Part shown: one piece after another, positions 27,301 to 41,300 of the stretch
Position numbering within the stretch: position 1 is the stretch's first letter
Layout of the letters: each line of letters starts with the position of its first letter
Program-made: the position numbers and the translations under genes
The notes under the pieces: generated by a model
Database searches by the model: none
The model's input: only the letters and a program-made list of their open reading frames with translations
What the model was told of the DNA's origin: nothing
Source: Tubiluchus corallicola
Lineage: Eukaryota > Animalia > Priapulida
DNA: 64,000 nucleotides
Assembly: GCA_030141605.1 (NCBI GenBank)
Contig: JAQGDQ010000003.1
Span: 1,488,001-1,552,000 of the forward strand
Direction: 5' to 3'

Positions 27301-30300
27301 AAACAGAATACAAAAACTTTTACATGTTCGGACAGATCTCCTTGGTTTCCAGAGGATCCAGTTCTGGATTGTAGTCCTGGAGAAGGTTGAGTTGCTGTAT
27401 TTTTTTACTCATCATGATCTACTTTCAGGAGATTAGATTAACCTTATCAAAGTTTTGCATTATGGTTGTCTTTTACTATGATGCCTTTTCCTGCATATAA
27501 ACAGTTAAAATTGTATGCTAGTGGGTTGATAGGAAATTGTAACCTAAAGAGACCTTTTTCCAGGCAATGTGAAATAAAATTAGAGAGTGTTGACATATAA
27601 CTATGGCTCTGTGTGAGATTTCTCATACTTCTACAATTAAATAATCATTGGTATTAATACCTTTTTATGACTTTGGCTTTTACACTCTTTTTTGTGTTCA
27701 AATCACCAGAATGACTATTATGCTACACAAGGCACTTTAAAATTGCAAAAAAGAATTCAGAAAATTACCTACACAAACGCTGTGGTGCTGCAAGCATTAT
27801 ATTGCTGAAAAACACTCTGCCAACCTGGACACTTCTGAATATTTTTGAATATACTTGGAGTGAAAAAGATTAATTTTGATGGATTTTTGTTTTAAGAGAG
27901 ACCTAAACATTTTGTTGTTGCAGCAGTGTCACTTCATTTTATGTGGCCTGTATATCATGCAGTGGTCTTTTCACCTTGTACAGGTCTCCTTGGCTAATTG
28001 ATTGTGCTGTATCTTAGGCTAAAATAAATAAATATCAAAAATAAACAAATAAATATCAATAAGTCATACGTATGTTTTAAACTAAGACAGCATTGTTGTT
28101 CTGTAGAGAACCCAAAATGATTTTCTTTCTAGAATTCCATAGAGCTGGACAAGGGTACTTAGTTGTAGGAGAATTTCTCTACGTTGCTGATGACTCGATA
28201 GCAAGGCACTGTGCTCGGTTGTATAGGCGTGCATTAGAAGCTCAAAATGCATCACTCAGCCTGTTGCTGAGTCAATCGTGTGATAGGCATGGTAATGAAG
28301 TACATGTGACGATAAGTGGTGTCGATGTTGACATCCTAGCTGAGCAAGAGGTAGGCCATTGGTCAAGACCCAAGGGTTTTGGGGTTACACTACAGTTCAG
28401 TCACCTTCAGTGACAGTCGATTGGCACTTTTTTCTTTATCCAAGCTTGATTTTAAAATGTGATAATTTTACCACCAAAAAAGCAGGCCTTATGTTCTTAT
28501 TTTTAATTTTGATCATTATGCATAAAATGTAAATCAGTCAACAAACGTGATTGGTAACATCAAAAATCTTTTGTATTTGGTCACTTATGCCTATTTGTGT
28601 AAGTGACTTACTTTTTGTTTCATGTCTGCTTTGCATGTATGTTGTAAATAAATGCTGTATTATTGTCAGGTCAGTGCAAGAATTTACTTATTTCTTGAAC
28701 TGGATAGTGGTCATACATCTCTGGACACATGCGCAGATATTATAATCGACCAACTACCAGACATTGCAAGCATAGGTGTTCCTCAACTTGGTCGTGGTTG
28801 TCCTGCTATAGTGCCCCAGGATCACGTTTTTACTAGAGAAATAACATGCGGCATTGACTCAGTGCAAATAGATACGCCAGATGGGCCTCAGTGTGCTATA
28901 GGTAGCATTAAATTTGTAATCATTATTCGTTTCTTTCAAGTCTTTTAACCCTCTGGTTAGACAGAATTTTAGTACTTTTACTGTAAATGCTCAGATCAGA
29001 AAGATGTTTGATTGACTATTGTGCAATAAATTTCTTCATTTTAAAGCAATTATTGCCAAATAAATACTTTAGGTTAACTTTTTAACTTTTGCTAATTTTT
29101 TTAGCTTCTTGCTCCAGGGGAACGTATGTTGTAAATGACACTTGTATATCTTGCCCCATTGGCACATATCAGGATGTTCCAAACAGTGTCTCTTGTAACC
29201 CCTGTCCCGATGGAATGATGACACGAAAGACAATGAGCAAATCCATATCTGACTGTATAGGTAAGTCGTTTAGAGTAATTGTATTTTTCATCTAAATGTT
29301 TGCACACAAGAGTTTTTTTCTAATACCTTCCTATGTTTCATGACAGTATTTTTTCATCTAGGATTTTGTGGAGCAGGTTATTTCTCTAATACAGGCTTGC
29401 CACCCTGTGATCCCTGTCCATTTGATACCTATAGTCAACATCTTGGTTCAGTGCAGTGCTTACCGTGTGAGCCGGGAATGTTTACTGCAAAAGTTGGACA
29501 GAAGTTTTGTTCTGGTAAGATTGTTTCACTAATTTTACTTAACTGTAATATTTTTCACCAAAATTATTAATGCTGTAACACTTGGAGGGAGTAAGTTATC
29601 CTGTTAACTTTTTACTAAAATCCTAAATAATCAATACCAGAGATGGAAAACTTTTGCTTTGAAAATATACCAATACAAAAGATAAGTCATACAATTTAGT
29701 GGTGTATTTTTGGCACTGTTTATTAGATGATGTAAATAACACTCGTCAGTGTAAGAAGTTGCTTACGTTTTGATTCCTAGCTGAAGTTACATGATGTGAA
29801 TATGCTTGAATTATATATTCCAAAAATTTATACTTGCATTAAAGTTATTTTCCTTACAGAACCTTGTCCTCCTGGAGCTAAGTCAGACACTGGCCTGGCA
29901 CCTTGTGAACTTTGCAGAACGAACTACTATCAGAATGTACCAGGCAGCACATTTTGCAATGAATGTCCAGATCTAACATATACAGACACCGAGGGTGCAG
30001 TAAGCATTGCACAATGCTACATTAGAGGTAATAAACTAGAAATACAGGAATACTAGCTATTGCTCAGTTGTGTACAATAGTTGTGTGGAAGCTAATTATA
30101 TACATTTTTTCTAATTCAACTGTGCTTTGTTGTCTTTGTCTAAATAGTGTGTCTTTTAGGTATAGAATACAATAAGCAGTGGGTTACGGGGGAACCCTCT
30201 ACTCCGGTGCCTCTACAATCACAGGATCAAGGATTTGGAGTTATTATTTCACACTTTGACATATCTGATCGAAATTTTTGCCTGATGAGATGTCAAGAGA

Positions 30301-32268
30301 AGAATTTTCCTGTGTGCACTGGTGTAGACTACAGGTTGCATTTTCTCTTTCTTCATAGATTGTTAATTTATGTGTTTTTGTTTTAAAATTACTTTATTAT
30401 AGGTTGGATCATACTCTTTTCTCAGAATGATTTACAGATCCTCTTTAACCACTTCACTGCCACATGACGAGAATCTCCCATCATGAAAATGCTATTCTGA
30501 CTGGCCTGTATGACGAGACTCTACCGTCATGCTTAATATGCAAATTAACTGACGCCTACGCCAGTAACAATAATCTTTACACATGTCATGTGCAATTGGG
30601 GAATCTAGCTTTGAAAACAAAAAGCGGTAGTTTCCTCTGTTGTCTAAAAAGATGATAAACAAGCTACAAAACATCCATGTCCAAAAAACGTACAAAATGA
30701 GGAAAAAAGATTGCTGTTATTGCTGCACTGTCGTCTGCTACGTTGCCATTGCTGCATAGCTTTCCGGTGTCTTTGTCGATTTTTTGTCTTCATATGGCCC
30801 AGAAAAGATGCAGTGTGGAGCAAATTAGGGACTACCTTGCAAAATTTGGGATTGAGTCATCAGATAATGGTAGGTGAAGCCAAACCATACATATAATTAG
30901 ATATGACTATTTCAACATTGTATGGTTGATAAATTATGTACATCAAAGCTAAGAATTACAGCATTAGGCCTGCCTTTATTTATTTTACATACTAGAATGG
31001 TTATTGGGTCAAATGACACCATTTGACAGCACTGCTCTTACATATTTTACAAAAAAATTTGTACAAATTACAACATTCGAATTGAACTGATACAGTGAAG
31101 GATAGCCAAAAAGTTGCGAAGACTGTATGTGTGAATGTTTGTGTGATGCGTGCACACATGTTTGTGTGATGTCTGCATCTATATAGATTAGGCAATATTT
31201 GCTCGTGTATGTATGCTTGAACGCGCAACGCTTTTTTTAGAATCACAAAGTACTAATTCAAGTGTAGAGATGATGACGGTGGTGATACTGATGACGAAGG
31301 TTGTGACACTGATGATGATGATGATGAAGACAATGACACCGACGCTAATACTTTAGAAAAAATTACAGTTACAGTATTTGTGTGAATTTAAATCATAGTA
31401 AAAATTTATTTTGTAACAACACAACAATATTTTGCATATCAAAAACTCTGCTTTTATTTTCTTCTACTTTTCTGCTTTCCTTTTTCTCACCATTCTTCAT
31501 CATTCTCATCATTTACTAATACATCTACAAGAGATGGTAGCAAAAATGACACAGGTGGCAGTGGCATGGTGGTGGCGTTGATGGCGGTGCTGGCGGTGGT
31601 GTTGGTAGTGGGAGGCTTGTCACATTAGTTATGATGGCAGCAATGGCAACAGTAACAATAGAAGTGGTTGTGATGTAGTAACAACCATACTATAATAACA
31701 TTGCAGAGCCTATAGCAGTAGCAACTTTTCATTTTACTAAAATATTCTTGTGCGCCAGCTGGAATACAAATTGCATGGCAGTGAAGTGGTTAAATACAAT
31801 ATACATATTTATGTACTTTCATTTTGCTAGTGAATAAGCTAAACTGTAAAATTATTGCATAATAGACTAATAAGATTAACTTAACACTGTTTGTAAATGT
31901 AACAACAAATTTGGGTAAAGAAACATTTTCAACTTTAATTAATCATTAACTGGCTGTCATCACAATGCTGTATTAAAGTTATCTGTAGTGGTAAATGCAA
32001 AATATTACATTTGCGTGAGTGACAAAGACTTTTATGAGAATTAAGTCGTTTTCGTAATGCCCATTGCCGTTTCTAATTACAGTCCAAGATATGGCTGTGA
32101 TTTGCTGAGTATGAGGCTGCGATATACACCAAACTACAAGTATAATTCTGAATCTGGGTCACCACTTTTACGGAGCTTTGGTAAGGCCAATATATTACTG
32201 CTCTAACTTAATTAAATTATTATGTTGCAATTTCATTGGCTACATTGCTGCACTGGGTACTATACGCA

Positions 32269-32330
<62 letters not shown>

Positions 32331-35300
32331 AACAAAACTATTGTCATATAATTTCAAACTGCACAGAATTTCACAATAATCAACTTTGAGATATATAACT
32401 TGAAATTATATGACAATGGTTTTGTTCTTCGTGGTAGAGTAGTCTATTGTTTTATTTTCTAGTAATTTTTATTTTTACCATTAATTGCGACTTATTTTAT
32501 ATAGATGGTGGATACTTCTGTCCGGGGGAAGAGGTACGACTTCAATGTCTGGATACCCATCATGTCCTCTCGTTGCAGTCTCTGCGAATTGTAAAAATAA
32601 CTGCATATGACTGGGTAGGAAAATGCCAAAGCCAGCAATACACTGGTCGAGAATGTCTTATACAGGATACAGCACAAAAAATAACTGACCTGTGTCAAGG
32701 TCGTCACTCTTGTTCGTTCATTAATCCATGCTTGGACACAATGAAGTATACCGAGATTGCAATGGATTGTGTCCGTAAGTAGCCTTATCATTTTTGTTGT
32801 CAATGTTGTGCTGTATATGCAGAAATATTAATAAAATAAAAGCTTATCAACTTTTCTGAATGGCAAGAACTTTTTCTTTGGTACTGGACTGCACTAGACT
32901 GCAAATTCTGCTTCAATAGTATTTATAGGTGTATATTTGTATTGCAATTGAAAAAGTCTGTAAACAAATAGCAACATGTTTTTTACTTTTACTGCATTTA
33001 AGTAACATCATGGTAAGCTGACTAACTAAAGTCTTTCCTGTAAAATAATTTTGATAAGCTTGCTTTATTTAGTATAAATTGTTTGTAGTGCACATTTCTA
33101 TTTCCTGTATACATGATTCCTTATGTCTTAGTTGCAGTGCATGTGCTTTTATGTGCTGCCTAATTAAGTATATATATTCATAGAAAGTATGAATAAATTT
33201 CTACAAAATAACATTATTTCAGAATAGCAAAAACTTTAAATTCTCTTTATTTTAGCTAACGCTTGTTCCCGCACATCTTGCAAAAATGGTGGCACATGTT
33301 ACTTTGCTAATCATGCTGCTCAATGTATGTGTCAGCCTGGTTTTGATGGTCAGTACTGTGAAAAGCGGTTGCGACCTTGTGTCTCATTACCTTGCCTCAA
33401 TGGAGCTTTATGTAAAGACATTGACGTTGACGAGTTCAGGTGTGAATGTCCACCAGGTAAAGCTCTTAAAGCATATATCTCTGAATTACTAGCTGCGAGG
33501 ACAAAAGATTATAATGAAATGATGCTATACATGTCGTGCATGACCGTAGCATTTCAGTGTCGCACACTTGATATCAATACTTTGACGAAGAATTAAATAC
33601 AAAATTTATATTCAAAACTTTGTCTTTTTGTGTCTTTTAGTCTATGTTATTTAGTCTTTTTTAACTCATGGGATTTTAGTACCATTGTAAATTTGAAACA
33701 TCACAAGAACTTTCAGGGTCAAACTTTGACAGTAGGAGTTTTAAGCTCTGATGCTTTGATTTCTTTTCAACTTAAACAAGTGTGGATAATGCTAACAGAG
33801 TCTCCATGTACAATTACAAACTGGTGTTCTGGCAGAAGTTCAAAGCAAGATGCCTTCGCAAATCGGCTGTTAAAACCTGTATAACTAAAAAAATGCTGTT
33901 ATTATTACACAATGAGAAAATTACATTATTTTTTGTAGGTAGTGTCATAACACGTATAGTCAAATTGCAAGAAACATGATTAAATATCTAACAATATGTA
34001 AGAAATTAGTGGTTAGCTACCGATAATGCATGTGGAGTTAATATTTAAGAATGCAATGGAGTTTCAGCACAGGAAGAAAAAATAAATTGAAATCAAATTG
34101 AAATGCTGTTACACTTCTAAATGATTACCTATGTTTCAAGTTTCAAACTTTCACATTCTTAAGATAATTTGTCAAGTTTTTTGTCCCTCCACTTAGACTT
34201 CAATTTAAATGTTTCAGTGTAAGTTTTAACAGTAGCGACATCTTATCGATCTTAAAAATACCAAGGCACTTCCATTAGATTTGTGTCGCTCTTGTAACTT
34301 ATAAATGGTTGATCAGAAAGTAATGCTTTTAAAGACCTGGCTTCAACTTATACTATAATAAATTATATCAAAAATAGTTGTTATTGTTTTGTGGTACTTA
34401 TAGCAGCGGCATTGTCATCATCATTGTGGTCAGTATTTTTAGCATGGAAACTGGTTTGTGAGTTGTTTTAACATATTCACTGTGTTAAATTCAATTGTTT
34501 ATTTTAGGTTTTGGTGGCTTGTATTGTGAGTTACCTCCTAGTAGCTGCATGAGTGAAATATGTGGTAATGGAACCTGCATACCTCGTGGTGACACATATA
34601 CCTGCCTATGCAATCCAGGCTTTTCAGGCAAAAAGTTGGTATTTTTTTGCTGCTAGTTTTGTCTTGTTACTGAATGCTAAAGGGAATTTAAAATGGCTGA
34701 GTAGGTTTTAGACATGTTGATTTTGGTTTAGAACATCAAAAATTACAGTCAGGCTTTAAGTCAAGATGAACAATTGCAGAAAAAATTACGCTAAAATTAT
34801 TTACTTATTGTTGTTTTATTTAGTTGTAACCAAGAAGAAAATGGCTGCTTATCAACACCCTGTCTAAACGGAAAATGCGTACCATTGGCACTAGGTCGCT
34901 TTACATGTAACTGCAAACCTGGGTGGACTGGTCATGCATGTGATGTTGACATAGGTATGTGATATTTTGTAACATCTATTATTAGAGTACGGTAGCCTAC
35001 TTTTCAAGCATTAGTATAAATTGTTGTATCTTTACAATGGCAGCAGTGCTCCCTTTATTAGACACTGTTTTAAATAAGAAAGTTAATAGGTGAAAAAAGA
35101 ATTTATTTATTCTTCTTTTAACATTATTTTTATTTTAACAACATGTTGCCAGTATAAAAAGAAATATAAGTATGAAAGTATTTTCTGTACTTTAGATGAC
35201 TGTGCTGAAAACCCTTGTATTGGTAATTCTACGTGCTTAGACCGAGTGAATGCATTCGTCTGTGTCTGCTTGCCGGGGTATGAAGGCAAGCTGTGCGAAC

Positions 35301-38300
35301 GGAGAACTCCACAGTGTAATAGCAACACCTGTAGAAATGGCGGGATTTGTTTTGAAGATTATTCTGGTTTTACATGTTTTTGTCCTGAGGCTTTGACGGG
35401 TTTGTTGTTTCTAATGTTTTTCTCATATAAGAGACCATTATACAAATTTGGCGCTAGTAATTCACAAAAATAATATGTGGTTTCTGAGGAAGTTTTCCAC
35501 ATGTAAATAAAGAATTTTGAGCTGTTAATCTTTCAAAAATCGCATAGTGAATAAGACTCGATTAGTTGACTAACAAACATTTAGCTGAATTTTTATTGGG
35601 TGGAACTCTAATAATGAGAATAATGAATATCATAATTAATGATATCATGAGAAAGATACTAGAATTTATTAATCACATCGGCTGCTTGAGACATTTAGAA
35701 TTTGGAATTCTGAATAATGAATTCACAAAGAATTTGAAAATCTCATGTTGTTCAAATGGTAGGAAATTAATATATTTCAGCATGTTTCTCTTAAAATTTT
35801 GCCACATTGTCTCAGTATGCAGTTGCAGTTCTAAAATTTTGTCTTGTTAACAAGCATAAAACTTGTTAATTGATTTGTTTTGTTTTACAATTAGAGCAAA
35901 GATTAAAGTATACTAGTGCCTGAGTTGGTTTTGTGCATTGGATGTTTTTCTCTGAAAAATTTATTACCAAATTTTTGTTAACATATTTTTCTTTGTACTC
36001 AGGTACACGATGTGAGCTGCCAGTCGATACCTGTGCTTCGTCACCCTGCCATCATGGAGGAGAGTGCGTCCTTGACCCAGATGGGTATAAATGCCATTGC
36101 CTGCCTGGGTACACTGGACTAAATTGCCAGTACATTGTTGATAATTGTGAGAGAAATAATTGTGATCATGGATTATGCATTAATAAACAGGATGCTTACA
36201 TTTGTCAATGTGAACCGGGTTATACAGGTAGGTGATCTTGTTTGCACTCATTGTCCAACACATTTGACTTGTTTCTTAACAATGATTGATCAATTTTATT
36301 GCTACCTTTTATGTTATTATGTACGGCATATGTTATCTAAGGATTTTTAAGGGTTTTGTTTTTCAGTAGTCTTTGTATTTTTACTCCGATAAAATGAACT
36401 TTGTTAAGTTTATCTTGAAACATGTATTGTAAGCTAATTCCAGATCAATCTCAGAAAATAAGTTATCCCACTTAATAGTATGTGTGTTATTTAATAATTT
36501 GTGCTTTACATTCTCATTGTATATTAGGTTGTATATACCTACTCTATTAGTTTTTATGTCATGAGGTAGTGATGCATTTAGGTCTGACAATTAAAAAAAT
36601 CGGTAGGTAATTGTTACGGTAACCGGATTAATGAATCAGGTGTGTGAGCTAGGTAATACCAGCTTGGGAAGTTAGTGTGAAATATAATTATTCAGTAGGC
36701 GATGATCACTTGGTTACACATTCAATCAATTAGCTCGAGCTATGCGATTCAGACAAACAGACTGAGGCTATCAAATTATAAAGTTATTTGGAATCATTTT
36801 ACAGTCAAGAAGCTGCAACTAGGCTACATAAAATAAATAAATAAATAAATAATGGATTTTGTTAAAACCTTATGCAGGCTATAGCGTAATTTAGTAATTG
36901 CAGACTGGGTAGAATATGTACTCCAGGCTACATTAGTAGACAGTAAACTGGAATTATTAATTTCAAACAGCAAAAAGCAAACTCATAAGCAATTATAGAG
37001 TTTTTGAACTGATTTATGTGTATCAGTAATTAGTTTGTACTCTGGTTGGTGCCAAGCCTGGCTAATGAATTAATTGGTGAGTGCTTTGAAAAATATTTCT
37101 TTGAAAAAAATAACCCTTTGAAGAAATCACATGAGAAAAATAACTTGCAACAAATTATTTAAAAAAAATAACTTTGCAAACAACCATTTTACTTCCTTAT
37201 GTAAAAGGCTTGGGTTTAAACTGCCGTCATTCATGACATAAGTTTTCAAACATTTCAGGAGAGTTATGCAATGTGAGAATTGATGCCTGTGCTTCAAATC
37301 CTTGTAGCGGAAACTCTGTGAACTGTATGAGTCTACCTGGCGACTATATTTGTGAATGTCAAGCAGGCTTTGGTGGAAAGCAGTGTCAGGTAAATAACTA
37401 AACCACGTAGTTGCATATGTTTTACTATATACTTGTACTATAACACTGAGTACAAATGAGGTAAACTGTTTAGAAATTTTGGAACTAGTCATGTCCTATG
37501 GTTAACAAATTACCAACTAAGGAACCCGACAGGAAGTTGAAACTGATTATATAAGTGGTTTTATAATATCTGGGAAGCAGGCACTAAGATGTGCACACCA
37601 CCATAATATTTTCTTCATCACCACTTTTTATACACATCAGCACATTATATCTGCAGTCTTTTCTTTTTATTCTATGCTATGCTTTTTTCTACCTCCTCTG
37701 GTTGTTGTTACACTCATCTTCTATTTGGTATTATTTGCAACCCTAAGTTTATTTCAGGACTCAGTCAGCAAGTCGCTGTTTTTTTGTATTTTTGCATTCT
37801 CCTACGAAATATTATTTTGTTTTCTGTTATACAACTTTGTATAAGCCAAAGTGAGTCTGTTCACCAATGATATTGTTGTCTATTACTTCAAAATTTAATT
37901 CAAATCTTTTTGAAAAAAATATATTATCAGTTTTTTTGTGCTTTCAGTTTCAGCTCACTCCTTGTGACTCAGCTCCATGTAAGAATGGTGGTGTCTGCAT
38001 TCAGCATGAAAACTCCTATACTTGTGACTGTCAACAAGGTTGGACTGGTGAACTTTGTGAACACATTGTCAACGAGTGCCATTCTCATCCTTGTGCACAC
38101 GGAGGCTCATGTGTTAGCTTGTTTAATGATTATTACTGTATGTAAGTATGTTTTTGGGCATTTTCTTTGACTGCTCTATTATTTGGATAAGATGTGTAGT
38201 TGAAATGAATGTCATGTCGATGATGATAAAACTTAACAGCCAATATCTACTGTAAGTTTTAAAGTTGTGTTTATACTTATTTATTATTCTGATATTTTGG

Positions 38301-41300
38301 GGTATTTACTTTCAGATGTCCAGAAAGTACAGCAGGTAAGAACTGCAATGACAAGTTCAGTTCAGACCCTTGTGCTGGAGAACCTTGTCTTAACCACGGT
38401 ACTTGCGTCCCTGATGGTGAATCGTTCTTTTGTGTCTGTGCTAAAGGTATGTTAAGTAGCTAACACTGAACTTACACTTTTCAACCTTTAGACGTATAAC
38501 TTGACATTAAAATACTGAAGCTAAAGGCTTCAAAGAAATTTTAGTGAAAATCAAAAATCGTGAAAACGTTGTTTGGTTTTATGTTGTACCTATTATTACG
38601 TGTCAGACAATTGCAAAAACTTTCATTGTCATATGTATATTTTGTAATTTATTCAATGTGGTGACAGAGCTAATAGATAAGGGACCATTGCAGCAGTTCT
38701 GCTAGATTATGTAAAAAACTTTTATAGAAATTCTAACATTTTAATGATTTTTCTCTTTATCATCGATGCTACATACTTAATAAATTCTTAATCCGCCCAC
38801 ACAAAATTTTGCTTAAATGTATTTGTTTACTTTTTAATTTGTTACATCTCCGTTTATTTATATATTCATTCTGTGATTCATTCACTTCTCGAAGCATACT
38901 TGTTGCTAAAACCTCGAAGCACTTTTCTTGACTCTGCTATATTTTTTTTACATTAGTGTATAAAAATGTTCTTATGTTACCGCTTGAAACTATTACTACC
39001 AATTAGGTTATGATGGTATCATGTGTCAATATGTGTCCAACACTTGTGAATCTTCACCATGCAAGAATGGTGGTATTTGTACGGACACCGATCATGGTTA
39101 TACTTGTACCTGTGCTGCTGGTTAGTAAAATTAATTACTTTTTTGTAGCATTAAAAATTTAAATGCATAATTACCGTACTTAGGATTGGTTAACTATTTG
39201 CTAAAGTGTTATTTTAGTGAATATCACTTTACTTTGGTGAATATCTTCTTCTGCATTACTTTGACATTGTACTAAACTAAATTTGGGCAGTCTAAGGATG
39301 TGTTATATAAATAGCAAATTTCTATGGCTAGCTAGTACTCCCACCAAAATCACAGTTTGAATTCACCTTTAAAACATAGCAAATGAATAAGTTCAAAGGA
39401 TCTTCAAAGCAGAGATAATTGAAATAATTAACAAAGGCACGTAATAGTTCACTGATTACATTCTAGAGTTTAGTAATTCCGAGCTTAACCATTTTTATAG
39501 ATTTTACTGGCTTTACTTGTGAAGCTGCTATTGATGACTGTGAAGATCATGACTGTCCACAGGGTGCTATTTGTCTGGATGGGATCAATGTCTACTTTTG
39601 CACGTGTCCTTTTAATTATACAGGGACGCGATGTAACAAACGTGAGTAACAAGCCCTAACCTAATTTTTTCACTTTTGCCACTAAAACATTAATTACCTT
39701 GGTGTTGTTTGAAATAAATTTATAAGTTTTTTTTTTAAATTATAGAGAAGATAGATTCTGGATCTTTCCACTTCTATTCCATCCTGTCTTGTGCTTTTCT
39801 GTCCAGTTTTGTCCTAGCCTGTCTTGCTTTATGTACCACATTCTGATTTTATTTTATTGACCAATTATTTAGGAGTAATGCCAAACTATGCCCTGTATTT
39901 TTACGATGAAGCGAAGACAGCAAGTGCTTCGCTCGAGCTTCCATTTGCTCTCAACTCCCAAGCTATCACTATTGCAATGTGGATCAAATTTGCCGCTTTT
40001 GATACAAAAGGAACATTCTTTAGTATGTTCGAAGTACCGTAAGTGCATTATGGTATTAGTTCTTTTTTATCTTTTATAAACTGAAGAATAGTTCGTGTTA
40101 TTAATAGGCATTTTCATCATTGTTATATTAGTCAGGTGTCAGGACAATGTTAATTTGGTTTCTGCTTGTCAGTCTGTTGATGATGTTTTCAGAGAATTCA
40201 CAACTACAAGTTAGTGCACATTGTCCTATTTTGTCTTGGAAATTAGGAATTATCCTTTTATTGCCAAAGCGTTGCTTTTACAAAATAATACACATTTTGC
40301 TTTTGTTTGGTTTAGTGACATTTCAAATGACGAAATCTTGTTTTGCTTCTCAGGTTATATAACAGCTTATTTGGCAAAGAAAAGATTGTTACGCTCTCTG
40401 GTAGTGGAATCCTTGTCTCATTCTGGTACACTGATCGACCCTTAGTCATCGAATTTAAAGCCCGTCACAGCCGACTGCTGAGCAATCGTCAATGGCATCA
40501 TATCGCATTTACATGGCAATCAGACAATGGTCAATATTCATTTGTGGTTGATGGTAACGAGCTGATAAAAGGAGATGGATATGGAAATGGACGTCGCTTG
40601 CCTGTTTAGTACGTATGCAGTTACCGATGTGTAGCATTTTGAATCAGATATCGTAAAAAAGATGTGAAAGTAAGATATTTAAAGGTATTTGTTGTAAGGT
40701 AAAAGTGCTGTTTCCTGTGGTTCTCTATGTTAAGTATAGGCTAGAAATACATTTGCAATAGACAATAATTATGATTAGACAATACACTTCTTTGCAACAC
40801 ATAAGAATGAACATAATAATTCGTGTTTGTTTATATAGTGCTTGGGTCACATTAGGAAATCAGTTCGACTCCAAGGTTGACGAATCTTCATTTGGAGGTG
40901 GTTTCTTTGGTTACATGAGCAGAGTTAACGTATGGGCACGTACGCTGCATACTAGTGAAATAAAACATCAGGTAAGTATTTAGCATCTAATAGATCCTTC
41001 TGAGTTGCTGAAACTTTGCGTTTAGCCTTTTCATGTTGTTGGTTATTTGAGATAACCTTGGAGACAGATCAAATGATATTGTTTTATTCGTGCCATAATA
41101 TACAAATCACTTTCTTCAATTTGGTAATAAACTTTTCAGGCAGCAAGTTGTCAAAATTCCCCTGTTATTTATGATGGACTCGTTCTGCGATGGGCAGGTT
41201 TTCGTGACACCTCAGGGAAAGTTGATGTCATTCATAATAGTGACTGCGGACAAGTAGAATGTCCTCCAGGTTACACTGGACCTTTCTGTAATGTGACACT

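Noticed and set aside
31268-31382. Asp-rich open frame ([21 protein letters not shown]) as a possible alternative exon
   Set aside because: It is a (GAT)n low-complexity tract with a poor polypyrimidine acceptor, and it would split the PAN-like domain.
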